A DNA stretch of 50,321 nt from sequence record SRR22947727_2348. One strand, written 5' to 3'. Each line of letters starts with the position of its first letter. Position 1 is the first letter of the stretch. The notes under the pieces were generated by a model, which was not told the DNA's origin, made no database searches, and saw only the letters and a list, made by a program, of their open reading frames with translations. The position numbers and the translations under genes were made by a program. This document shows positions 37,876 through 48,744 of this stretch, piece after piece.

Positions 37876-40800
37876 CTAATCTATTTCAATCTTATCCAGA
37901 GCTAAAGCAATTTCTGGATTATAAGTTGAGCCTAAAGGAGGTTGTTTTTCTCGTTTTATTATACCTTTAAAAAATCGTGAGATATCTACACCTACACCAT
38001 ACATTGCAGGAACCAACATTAGTGTAAGGAAAAAGTCAAATAAAACTCCGAAGGCCAATGCTACAACCATAGGCTTTAAAAATTCAGCTTGGGCAGATGT
38101 CTCAAAAAGAATCGGCATAATGCCAATAAAGGTTGTTACTGAAGTTAACAAAATAGGCCGAAAACGAGCAACGCAAGCGTCTAACAAGGCTTGATAAGCT
38201 CCTACACCCTTGGCTCTCAGGCGGTTTACATAATCAAGTAAAACAAGGTTATCATTAACAGCGACACCTGCGGCAGCGAAAAAACCAAACAGAGACAACA
38301 TACCAAAGGGCACTCCGGTTACAATATTACCAAATATCATTCCAACTAGCGCAAAAGGTATTGCAACCATTATTAATAAAGGCTGTGAATATGATTTGAA
38401 TGCAATAGCAAGTAAGCCATACATAATAAATAAGACTGCTATCAAGGAAAGACGGATTTCTTTGATGAAATTAAGCTCTATTTCATCCTGACCAACTTCA
38501 ATACGAGTCGCCTTTGGATGACGTATTTCCCATTGAGGTAAGAAATTTTCTTTAATGTCTTTACTTATTTTCTGAACCTCAGCTTGTTCCCCGCGTATCC
38601 TAGCACCTGTGTACTCCACACGCTTTCTATCCCGACGCTGTATTCGAGTTATACCTTCTTCAAAAGAAACATCTGCCACTGAAAATAGAGGAACATCAAC
38701 ACCACTTGCGGATCTTATTCTTAATTTTTGCAAACTATCTATAGATTCACGAGCATCTTCAGGGTAACGAACCATAACCCTAACATCTTCACCGTTGCGA
38801 GGTAACCGCTGTACTTCTTTTCCATAAAACGCTTCCCTTACCTGACGAGTTACATCTGAAAGACTAATACCAAGGGTTTCTGCGCCTGGCTTTAATGTAA
38901 ATCTTATTTCACGTGCTGAACTTTCTAAACCATCCCATGCACCCGATACAGCACTGAAGCTTTCAATTTCAGATTTAAGGTCTAATATTGCAGACTTTAG
39001 TGCGTCTGGGTCAGCGGAGGCAACTCCGTAGTATAGCCCACCTCCTCCTTGGCCCCCGGGACCGTAATCTACACCGTATCGAACCCTATAGGCATCAGGA
39101 ATTTCTCCAACATATTGCTCAAGTTTATCAGCAATATCTTTACTTGAAACAGTAGGTCTAGTTCTGGGGTCAGATAAAGAAAAGAAACCCTGAACACCAC
39201 GATTTTCTGTAACTGTCCCGGCTCTTTCTATAATATTTGAATTTACATTAAATTCTTTTTTGGAATTTTTGTTGAGTTCCTCTACCCCAGCTTCAACTTG
39301 CTGTCTAACCTGCTCTCTTCTCTCAAAATTTGTACCTTCAGGAAAGCGAGCATTAAATTCTATCATATCTCCTTCGACTACGGGTATGAATGCCGTTGGA
39401 GCCACACCTGCTTGCAGTAGCATAATAGACATTGCAAATAACCCAACAAAAACTGAGATAGTTATATACCTAAACTTTATCAATGCCGCTATTATCGGGC
39501 GGAATATATTTTGAGCAAATAAAACCAGGCTATTCGCAATTTTTGTTTGCAAACGCATCAATTTTCCCTGTTCATTGATATTAACTGGCTTTAGGTGCCT
39601 TAAATGAGTAGGTAAAATGAAGAAGGCTTCTATTAATGAAAATATCAATACTGCGATTACTACTAGGCTTATCTGGCCAAGCATGGCCTGAATTGGGCCC
39701 GTCATTAATAAGAAGGGTATGAACATTAATATAGTCGTTATAACAGCAAAATAGACTGGCTTAACGACCATACCAGCACCAGCTATAGCACCTCTGTTTC
39801 CTGATATTCCATTTTCCACATGGAAATGAATACTTTCACCGACGACAATCGCATCATCAACCACAATTCCAATAACAAGTAAAAAGGCAAAAAGTGATAT
39901 CATGTTTAATGTGATACCTATGTAAGGGGCTATCGCTATTGCACCCATGAATGCCGCAGCAATTCCTGCCGTTACCCAAAATGCTACCGCAGGCCTTAAG
40001 AAAAGCATTAAAATTATAAGGACTAAAATCATTCCCGATACTGCATTGCTTCCTATTAGCTCCATTCGACTATCAAACATTTCTGACCCATCAAACCATA
40101 TTGAAAAAGTAAGGTCGGGAGGTAAGTTGGTGTTAATTTCTTCTTCAAATTTTCGAATAGACCTCCCAGCCTCAGTGACATTCATATTATCTGGAGATTG
40201 GACTTGAAATATTGCTGCATTTTGACCATTAAATTTGGCAGCAAATTTAGCTGAGTCGAATCCGTCTATGACATTAGCTATATCTCGGACACGAATTACG
40301 CCCCCATTTAATGTTTGACGAACGATAATATCATTAAAATCTTCTTTATCATTTGCCAAAGATCTCGCTCTTAACTGAAGTTTACCAGCTGCAGTTTCAA
40401 CAGTACCAGCAGATAAATTTATCGATGAACGAGAAATAGCGGCAGAGACATCTGAAAAAGTTAAGTTATACTGACGTAATGCGTCCTCAGATATTTCAAT
40501 CGTTACTTGCTCATCAATTTTTGTCATTTGATTAGTTAACTGCAACCCAGGGAGTTTAGTTATTTCAAAACGTAGGTCAGTCGCCGCACGCTGTAGCGTT
40601 AGTCTGTCAACGTTGCCATGAAGTGCAAAATAAAACGTATCTTCTCTAGCATCCCATCTAAAGACTTGAGGCCTGTAGGCATTGGGAGGAAGGTTTTGTA
40701 TCCCATCAACACGGGATTGTACTTCATCTAATAGCTTATCGTAATCAATACCTAATTTAGTTCTTACATTGACATTGTAACTTCCTTCACGAGCTGTAGA

Positions 40801-41046
40801 CTCAATATAATCTATCCCATCAAGTCCATCTATGGACTCTTCAATACGGGTAACTATCTGCTCTTCCACATCTCTAGGAGAAGCTCCCGGCCAACCTGAG
40901 GATACTGTCATTCCATTAATTGTAACTTTTGGAATAAACTCGCGGTCTAAATTACTATAACCAAACACTCCAGCCACAAACATTGTGAACATCATTAAAT
41001 TCGAAGCTACAGGGTTTTTTACAAACCAACTTATCAAAGATTTCAT
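37876..41046 (-). CDS. RND efflux permease (AcrB/AcrD/AcrF family)
   Basis: 1056 aa; GIVVDDAIVV, RFRPILLTS. Confidence 0.94.
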   Translation of the reverse strand: MKSLISWFVKNPVASNLMMFTMFVAGVFGYSNLDREFIPKVTINGMTVSSGWPGASPRDVEEQIVTRIEESIDGLDGIDYIESTAREGSYNVNVRTKLGIDYDKLLDEVQSRVDGIQNLPPNAYRPQVFRWDAREDTFYFALHGNVDRLTLQRAATDLRFEITKLPGLQLTNQMTKIDEQVTIEISEDALRQYNLTFSDVSAAISRSSINLSAGTVETAAGKLQLRARSLANDKEDFNDIIVRQTLNGGVIRVRDIANVIDGFDSAKFAAKFNGQNAAIFQVQSPDNMNVTEAGRSIRKFEEEINTNLPPDLTFSIWFDGSEMFDSRMELIGSNAVSGMILVLIILMLFLRPAVAFWVTAGIAAAFMGAIAIAPYIGITLNMISLFAFLLVIGIVVDDAIVVGESIHFHVENGISGNRGAIAGAGMVVKPVYFAVITTILMFIPFLLMTGPIQAMLGQISLVVIAVLIFSLIEAFFILPTHLRHLKPVNINEQGKLMRLQTKIANSLVLFAQNIFRPIIAALIKFRYITISVFVGLFAMSIMLLQAGVAPTAFIPVVEGDMIEFNARFPEGTNFERREQVRQQVEAGVEELNKNSKKEFNVNSNIIERAGTVTENRGVQGFFSLSDPRTRPTVSSKDIADKLEQYVGEIPDAYRVRYGVDYGPGGQGGGGLYYGVASADPDALKSAILDLKSEIESFSAVSGAWDGLESSAREIRFTLKPGAETLGISLSDVTRQVREAFYGKEVQRLPRNGEDVRVMVRYPEDARESIDSLQKLRIRSASGVDVPLFSVADVSFEEGITRIQRRDRKRVEYTGARIRGEQAEVQKISKDIKENFLPQWEIRHPKATRIEVGQDEIELNFIKEIRLSLIAVLFIMYGLLAIAFKSYSQPLLIMVAIPFALVGMIFGNIVTGVPFGMLSLFGFFAAAGVAVNDNLVLLDYVNRLRAKGVGAYQALLDACVARFRPILLTSVTTFIGIMPILFETSAQAEFLKPMVVALAFGVLFDFFLTLMLVPAMYGVGVDISRFFKGIIKREKQPPLGSTYNPEIALALDKIEID

Positions 41047-41066
41047 TAGTTATTATTCCTTATTAA

Positions 41067-42392
41067 CTATGACTTTTTCTTGTTCTTTTTCTTAGATTTA
41101 GTCTCTTTACTCTTGTCTTCTTTATTGGCCTCAAGCTTTTTCATCCAATCAGGCTTGGGTGGATCTACAAGGATATTATCAGGGTTATTAACATCTAAAG
41201 CGCGTAAAGTCATTGATACTCGCGACCTTTCCATTGGAGAAAGAACGACCAACTCTCCTTCATCAACACCGCCAAGAAGCACTGCTCTTTCACTATCAGA
41301 GTCAAGCACGTCAACTTTTCGAATATCAGTCTTGCCTTTATTATTAACTATATACACCTCATTATCAGGTCTTAATCCATCCCTCGGTAAAACAATTACT
41401 TCTTGATAAACTTTTCCTGCAATTTCTGCATCAACAAATAGACCAGGTGCAAGTGGATAGCCATTTTCTGATGCACCTAAACCATAAGGATCGACCACTT
41501 CAGCAATGGCAAATAAAGCACGGGTCTGAGTATCATATGTACTTGCTGTGCGCATTATTTTACCACTCCAATATCTACGTTTACCCCCAATAATGGCACT
41601 TAATTTAACATCTATTGCTGACGCTCTATTTTTTGCCACATAAGCAACAGGAAGGTCCATTTTTGATAGATCTCTATCACTTAATGGAAGACGAACCTCA
41701 ACTATGCTTGTAGAAAAGATACGACCTAATGTGCGTCCTGGGGATACAAACTGTCCGATATCCGAATTTTTCGTTTTAACACGGCCAGTAAAAGGAGAGC
41801 GAACCTCAGTGCGTTTCAATTGAAGATTAGCAGAAGCAAGCTCAGCCTCAGCAGCCTGCAAAGAAGCAAGTGCTTGGGCCTGTTGCGGCAAGCGCAGCGC
41901 TAAAGGGCTGGGTTCGCCGCGCCCTAACTCAAGGTAATCTTTTTTTGCTATTTCACCTTCAGCCTTTTCCCGAATTAAAGACTGTTCTGCCTGAGCCACT
42001 TGTGCTTGAGCCCTGATAACAGATACTTTATAATCGGAGTCTTCAATTCGTAAAAGTACTTCACCTTTTTTAATTATTCCACCTTCAATAAAATTAGGTG
42101 AAACAAATACAATTTTACCTCCAACTTCAGGTACTAGGTCGATTTCTGTTTGCGGCCTTGCTTCACCCTGAGTTTTAACTTCTAATTGTATATCATCTAA
42201 GACGGCGTAATCAGCAAGAACTGCTAATGTATTAAATGCTCGCTTTTTTTCTTCTGGCTTGCTGTTATATTTTATTATAACAGACCCTAAAAATATAAAT
42301 CCAATTATACAAAGAATTGGCACTATATAACTAAAAACTCTTTTCATAAAACTTACTTTTGAAAATTTTTTTATATTTGAATCTACTATCAT
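41067..42392 (-). CDS. RND periplasmic adaptor (membrane fusion protein)
   Basis: N-terminal TM, PEVGGKI, coiled coil, RTEVRSPFTG. Confidence 0.92.
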   Translation of the reverse strand: MIVDSNIKKFSKVSFMKRVFSYIVPILCIIGFIFLGSVIIKYNSKPEEKKRAFNTLAVLADYAVLDDIQLEVKTQGEARPQTEIDLVPEVGGKIVFVSPNFIEGGIIKKGEVLLRIEDSDYKVSVIRAQAQVAQAEQSLIREKAEGEIAKKDYLELGRGEPSPLALRLPQQAQALASLQAAEAELASANLQLKRTEVRSPFTGRVKTKNSDIGQFVSPGRTLGRIFSTSIVEVRLPLSDRDLSKMDLPVAYVAKNRASAIDVKLSAIIGGKRRYWSGKIMRTASTYDTQTRALFAIAEVVDPYGLGASENGYPLAPGLFVDAEIAGKVYQEVIVLPRDGLRPDNEVYIVNNKGKTDIRKVDVLDSDSERAVLLGGVDEGELVVLSPMERSRVSMTLRALDVNNPDNILVDPPKPDWMKKLEANKEDKSKETKSKKKNKKKS

Positions 42393-43840
42393 TTTAGTAC
42401 GTCCTCTACGACCTCAGAAACTAAAGCTTGTTTAACCGAAAGTTCATTAAGTATTTCTATGCCACCCCCCAATGCTACATGCATCCGCACTCGATTGGAT
42501 AATCGCTCTTTACGAGAGCTAATAAGTTGTCCTTCCGCGGAAAAACTACGTGATTGTGAATCTAACAATTGGAGTATTGTTGCCAAACCTTCGGTATAAC
42601 GAAGTTCTAAACGGCTTTCGGCCTTTTTTGCTTCATTGAGTGAAACCCTTAATGCATTTTCTTGCTCAAGAAGTCTCTGCTCGCTTTCGATAGCATTTTC
42701 TACCTCTAGGTAAGCGTTAAGAACTAATCCAGCATATGACTCCAATTGGGACTTCATAACCGATTTTTGTTGTGAAATATTTGCTTTAAGTCTTCCTCCT
42801 TGGAATAAAGGGGCAGATATACCACCAACCAGCGAGGCAGCTAATGCATCTAGTTCAAAAAAGTCATTCAGGTTTCGAGAGGCTAAAGAGCCACTACCAT
42901 CCAATGTTATCCGAGGAAGTAAGTTTTTCTTAGCAATTTCTATTTGAAATCCTTGAGACTTCAAACGGTATTCAGCTGCCAATAAATCAGGTCGCTTCCT
43001 TAAAACATATCCAGGGGTTCCAATTCCTTTTAGTTTGGGCAGTGTAGGAAGGTCTGAAGGCGCTTTAAGCTCTGCAGCTGGGTATCTACGTAAAAGTATT
43101 TCAACGCGACGGGTCGCTGATGACAATCTTTGCATTTGTAGAGATTGTGAAGCTTGGGCGCTAGCTAAAGATGATCTTGCCAACCTGACATCTGACGATC
43201 CTGAAACACCCCCTTCAAATCGTCTTTGCGTTAGCTCTAAAGCTCTTGTCTTGGTTGTAAGCGTACGGTCAGATAACTCTAAGAGCAATTGTGCTTCAAT
43301 AAGGTCAAACCATGCTAAGCTCACTTGGCCAGCCACAGAAAGGCGAGCACTATCATAATCTGCTGAAACAGCTTTAAGGTCCGAGAGACTTGCATCTACG
43401 GTGTTTTCTATTCGTTCCCACAAATCATACTCCCAGCTGGCAGAAAGTCCTGCAGACATATTTGTTGAACTTGGAAGAGTGCCAGCATTTTCATTTCTAG
43501 TTAATCTTGAGTTAGCACTTAAAGATGGAAATCGTTCAGACCTAGAAATATCCAAACGGGCATTGGCAGCTTCAACACGGTATCTTGCGGCAAGCATGCT
43601 TGGGTTTGATAAAAACGCTTCTTGAACAAGACTTATTAAGGCTGGGTCTGAAAAACTATCAACCCAATGTATAGTAGGCAATTCAGTTTGTGATGAATTG
43701 GTCCACATTTCGGAAACGGGGATTATGGAAACAGGTAAATTATTTCCAAATTCTGCGTTAGTGTTCTTAATATCACTTAGACTAGCGCAACTGGTAAAAA
43801 AAGTTCCTAACAGGAGAGAAATAATAGTCTTGTTAATCAC
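42389..43840 (-). CDS. TolC/NodT-family outer-membrane efflux lipoprotein
   Basis: FTSC lipobox, WEYDLW, RPDLLAAE, ALGGG; GTG 43840 preceded by GAGGAG. Confidence 0.92.
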   Translation of the reverse strand: MINKTIISLLLGTFFTSCASLSDIKNTNAEFGNNLPVSIIPVSEMWTNSSQTELPTIHWVDSFSDPALISLVQEAFLSNPSMLAARYRVEAANARLDISRSERFPSLSANSRLTRNENAGTLPSSTNMSAGLSASWEYDLWERIENTVDASLSDLKAVSADYDSARLSVAGQVSLAWFDLIEAQLLLELSDRTLTTKTRALELTQRRFEGGVSGSSDVRLARSSLASAQASQSLQMQRLSSATRRVEILLRRYPAAELKAPSDLPTLPKLKGIGTPGYVLRKRPDLLAAEYRLKSQGFQIEIAKKNLLPRITLDGSGSLASRNLNDFFELDALAASLVGGISAPLFQGGRLKANISQQKSVMKSQLESYAGLVLNAYLEVENAIESEQRLLEQENALRVSLNEAKKAESRLELRYTEGLATILQLLDSQSRSFSAEGQLISSRKERLSNRVRMHVALGGGIEILNELSVKQALVSEVVEDVLK

Positions 43841-44097
43841 AACCACTCCTCTCAACAAAATTCCATTAAAATCTTAATTCTTAATTATAAACTTATATTA
43901 TTATTTATTGTACTAAGAGTAATACGCTATAGCTACTGCAAAAAGTTCATACAATCCCTAAAGTAAATGATTACAAGAATTTAATTAACTTAACTCCTAG
44001 TCGCTTATAACTAATAGACTGAGAAGTAAAGGTTACATTTTTATAATAATCTTAAAAGATCTATTTTTTTATTTAGAATTACAATATAATAAAACAC

Positions 44098-45225
44098 ATG
44101 AATAATCTGACAGACAACACATCAATAAATACGCTTCTAAAAATGATGGATAATATAAAAAATGGAGCTATTATAATTGATGATAATTGCAATATTAAAC
44201 ACACCAACAAAACCGCAAAAAAATTATTAGGAAAAAATTATCACAATCAAGGAATTTTAGAATTTCTAGGTGATAAAGAAGTAAATTCCAATATAAAAAA
44301 GGTTTTTTCCGGAAAAATCCCTGAGCCAACTACCTATCGTATAGATAAGCCTGTCATTCAACATATACGTGTTTTAATTTCACCTTTTGAACCAGATATA
44401 AAGATATCACAAAAAAATCTAGCTCTAATTATTTTAAACGACATAACAGAATATATATTTATGCAAAGTCAAAGAAGTGATTTTCTAGCTAATGCCTCTC
44501 ATGAACTAAAAACTCCTGTGGCATCACTTTTAGGTTATATTGAAACACTTAAGGGGCACGCAAAAAATGATGAAGAGGCTCGTGAGAAATTTCTATCCAT
44601 TATGCATACTCAGGCTGAAAGAATGCAACATCTCATAAATGATTTACTTTCTTTGCTTAAAATTGAACAAATAGAGCATATTGTACCTAATCAGGCTTTT
44701 GATTTATCTCAATCAGTTGAAACAGCCCTAGAGACTCTTAGTCCCTTGGCTTTTAAGCGAAATATAAAAATTAATTTTTCCCCAAGTGGGACTAAGTTCG
44801 TTAAGGGAGATTATGATGAAATAGCACAAGTAATAATAAACTTAGTTCATAATGCGATAAAAATTTCAAAAAAAAATACTCATATAAATATAATAATATG
44901 CTCTCAAAATGTATGCAATTCTAGCTTTAGTACTAACTCAAAAGAAGTAAATTCAAGAGTAATAGTTCCTATTTACGAGCCAAATACTCTACATTATTGT
45001 TTACAGATAAAAGATAATGGTCCTGGATTTACAAAAAATCATATACCGCGAATTGGCGAAAGGTTTTACAGAATAGCCGGCGATCTAGATTCACAAGAAA
45101 AAGGCACAGGTTTAGGCTTAGCAATTGTAAAGCATATTATTATGCGGCATCGCGGGGGATTAGAGTTAAAAACTGCAGTGGGTAAAGGTTCTGAATTTTG
45201 CATTTCGCTGCCGGTCAACGAATAA
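44098..45225 (+). CDS. phoR: Phosphate regulon sensor kinase, PAS-HisKA-HATPase without TM segments
   Basis: DFLANASHELKTPVASLLGYIETL, HIPRIGERFYR, GTGLGLAIVKHI; adjacent to phoB. Confidence 0.88.
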   Translation: MNNLTDNTSINTLLKMMDNIKNGAIIIDDNCNIKHTNKTAKKLLGKNYHNQGILEFLGDKEVNSNIKKVFSGKIPEPTTYRIDKPVIQHIRVLISPFEPDIKISQKNLALIILNDITEYIFMQSQRSDFLANASHELKTPVASLLGYIETLKGHAKNDEEAREKFLSIMHTQAERMQHLINDLLSLLKIEQIEHIVPNQAFDLSQSVETALETLSPLAFKRNIKINFSPSGTKFVKGDYDEIAQVIINLVHNAIKISKKNTHINIIICSQNVCNSSFSTNSKEVNSRVIVPIYEPNTLHYCLQIKDNGPGFTKNHIPRIGERFYRIAGDLDSQEKGTGLGLAIVKHIIMRHRGGLELKTAVGKGSEFCISLPVNE

Positions 45226-45233
45226 TCCTGAAA

Positions 45234-45267
45234 TATTCATCAAAATGTCATATATTAATTATAAACT
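45234..45267 (+). promoter_or_regulatory. Pho box and -10 element upstream of phoB
   Basis: TATTCAT-CAAA-ATGTCAT (45234-45251), then 10 nt, then TAAACT (45262-45267). Confidence 0.7.
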
Positions 45268-45312
45268 TGATGATAATGGTTAACGGATTTTTAAGGAGCT
45301 AAAGATCTAAAT

Positions 45313-46011
45313 ATGAAACCATATGTTTTAGTAGTGGAAGATGAAGACTCACTAAGTACCCTCTTACAGTATAATTTTGAAAAAGAAGGTTATGAAGTAG
45401 AAATTGCCAAAGATGGTGAAGAAGCATTATTGAAAATAAATGAGCGAAAGCCTGATATAATTCTTCTCGATTGGATGCTCCCAAAACTGTCGGGTATAGA
45501 AGTATGCCGCAGATTAAGGCTTAATAAAAATCAACAGAAAATTCCTGTCATTATGTTAACAGCAAGGGGTGATGAAACTGATAAAATTACTGGTTTAGAC
45601 TACGGAGCAGATGACTACGTTCTTAAACCATTTTCTTTACCTCTACTATTTGCTCGAACTCGTGCTTTACTACGACGATCAAGCTCTTCAATAGTTGAAG
45701 AAATTTTAACTTCTGGTAATATCGAAATTGATACTAAAGCATTACGTGTTAAAATAAATCACAATCAAGTCCATCTTGGACCAACTGAATTTCGACTGCT
45801 AGAACATTTTATTAGTAATCCTGGAAGAGTTTATTCCCGAGAGCAACTACTCGATTCGGTATGGGGACGTAATATATTCGTTGAGGCGCGAACAGTAGAT
45901 GTTCATATTGGAAGACTAAGAAAAATACTTAAACAAAACGGAGCAAATGATACAATAAGAACTGTGAGATCCGCGGGATATTCTTTTGAAATAAACAATA
46001 AAACTTTATAA
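45313..46011 (+). CDS. phoB: Phosphate regulon response regulator
   Basis: LLDWMLP, HLGPTEFRLL, EARTVDVHIGRLRK, RTVRSAGY. Confidence 0.95.
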   Translation: MKPYVLVVEDEDSLSTLLQYNFEKEGYEVEIAKDGEEALLKINERKPDIILLDWMLPKLSGIEVCRRLRLNKNQQKIPVIMLTARGDETDKITGLDYGADDYVLKPFSLPLLFARTRALLRRSSSSIVEEILTSGNIEIDTKALRVKINHNQVHLGPTEFRLLEHFISNPGRVYSREQLLDSVWGRNIFVEARTVDVHIGRLRKILKQNGANDTIRTVRSAGYSFEINNKTL

Positions 46012-46181
46012 TAACGCATAATGATTAAGGCTTAATAATATAATTTATCTTACCAAGTTTTAATAAAATAATATTTGAAATTTATAATAAATTAAACTTT
46101 AATGAGCTAACTACGTTGTTGTTTTTTATTACTTACAAATTCAAACATATTTATATTAATTAAGACATTTAAGGGCATAAA

Positions 46182-46625
46182 ATGAAGAAATTTATATCGC
46201 TAATTACTTTAATATCTTTAACTTCTTGCGCAACGGCTTCTTTTGATATTTCATCTTATTCACCTGTTATGGATGTTAGAGAAGGCGAGTATGAAATTCA
46301 TGCAAAAGACCTTAAGGAATGTCGTTATTTAGGCATGAAAGCTCGTGACCAATATGAAAAGCAGAGAGATAAAGAAAAAAATAAGGCATTTAGTAATGCA
46401 GTTGTTGGCGCTTTAGTGGGTGCAACTTTAGGCGCTGTAATTGATGGTGGTGATGGAGCAGCGGATGGAGCAGTCATCGGAGGAGCAGTAGGTGTAGCAT
46501 CAGGTGCTGAGCAAGTGGATTTCAGTCGCAAATTCGTTAAGCTAGGGCCCGCAGGAATAGTTGATGATTGTATGTCAGAACGTGGATGGTCTATCTTAAG
46601 CGCTAGAGGTATGGGTGGTGGTTAA
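46182..46625 (+). CDS. Glycine-zipper lipoprotein
   Basis: LTSC lipobox; GALVGATLGA...GAVIGGAVG repeats. Confidence 0.8.
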   Translation: MKKFISLITLISLTSCATASFDISSYSPVMDVREGEYEIHAKDLKECRYLGMKARDQYEKQRDKEKNKAFSNAVVGALVGATLGAVIDGGDGAADGAVIGGAVGVASGAEQVDFSRKFVKLGPAGIVDDCMSERGWSILSARGMGGG

Positions 46626-46732
46626 TAAAAAATGATGGAAATATAAACTAACTTCAAGGCGTTATTTTTAGGCATAACATTTTTAAGATAAGCACAATTA
46701 TTAAAAGCTCTCAAAATCTGTTGATATTAAGC

Positions 46733-46761
46733 TTGAAACCCATATCAGTTTACGCTAGTAG
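46733..46761 (+). promoter_or_regulatory. Putative sigma70 promoter of rpmF-eno
   Basis: cTTGAAA-N17-TAGTAG preceded by GC, an alphaproteobacterial housekeeping type. Confidence 0.55.
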
Positions 46762-46821
46762 GCCGTCATTCAATAGGTAGTAAAACTACTTAATCATTTT
46801 ATTAATCAAATGGAGGCCCTG

Positions 46822-47001
46822 ATGGCTGTCCCAAAAAGTAAAATTTCTAACTCACGCCGCGGAATGCGCCGAGCTCATGACAAGCTCTCTACAATTAATT
46901 ACGTAGAAGACAAAGATAGCGGTGAACTACGCCGGCAACACCACATTGACCTCAAGTCAGGCATGTATAGAGGTCGTCAAGTAATCGCACCTAAAGATTA
47001 A
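46822..47001 (+). CDS. rpmF: 50S ribosomal protein L32 (Cys-free form)
   Basis: [20 protein letters not shown]...; GGAGG SD before ATG 46822. Confidence 0.96.
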   Translation: MAVPKSKISNSRRGMRRAHDKLSTINYVEDKDSGELRRQHHIDLKSGMYRGRQVIAPKD

Positions 47002-47030
47002 AATGCATATATTCTTTAGGGTCTCTTTAA

Positions 47031-48311
<1,281 letters not shown>

Positions 48312-48321
48312 ATCATAAATA

Positions 48322-48354
48322 TTAACTGCTTGCTAACCATAGTAAGTCAATACT
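48322..48354 (+). promoter_or_regulatory. Putative CtrA box plus -10 element upstream of ftsB
   Basis: TTAA-N7-CTAAC (48322-48337), 11 nt, AATACT, 6 nt, ATG. Confidence 0.55.
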
Positions 48355-48360
48355 CATGAC

Positions 48361-48669
48361 ATGAATCGTCTTGAATATATAAAAAACAAATGGCCTGTAA
48401 TTTCACTTTCAGTTTTATATATATATTTGGTATTCCATGCGATTTCAGGATCGCAGGGTATCATAGGATATCTAGAATACGAAAAAAAAATAAAAATTCA
48501 AAAAGGCATTTTATTTGAACTATCAGAAGAACGCAAAAATTTAGAAAAGCATGCAATTAGTTTAAATTCATCCGATTTAGATTTAGATAAACTAGATATA
48601 AAAGCACGACAATTACTTTTTGTTTCGGATCCAAAAGAAAAGACGATTTGGCTTGACCAAAGGGAATAA
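48361..48669 (+). CDS. ftsB: Septum formation initiator (FtsB/DivIC family)
   Basis: One TM, GSQG, coiled coil, LDLDKLDIKAR; sits between eno and pdhA. Confidence 0.82.
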   Translation: MNRLEYIKNKWPVISLSVLYIYLVFHAISGSQGIIGYLEYEKKIKIQKGILFELSEERKNLEKHAISLNSSDLDLDKLDIKARQLLFVSDPKEKTIWLDQRE

Positions 48670-48744
48670 AATAGTTCATATTATTTTCAATCAAAATTCA
48701 AAATTATAATTTTATTTTGTATACGAAATAAATAAGGTAATAAT

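Noticed and set aside
39260-43625. Several plus-strand ORFs opposite the RND operon
   Set aside because: All lie inside well-supported minus-strand genes
46761-46821. Long-range pairing of GGCCGTCATT with the rpmF SD region (AATGGAGGCC)
   Set aside because: Most of the 5' arm lies upstream of the start site predicted from the promoter, so it is probably not transcribed
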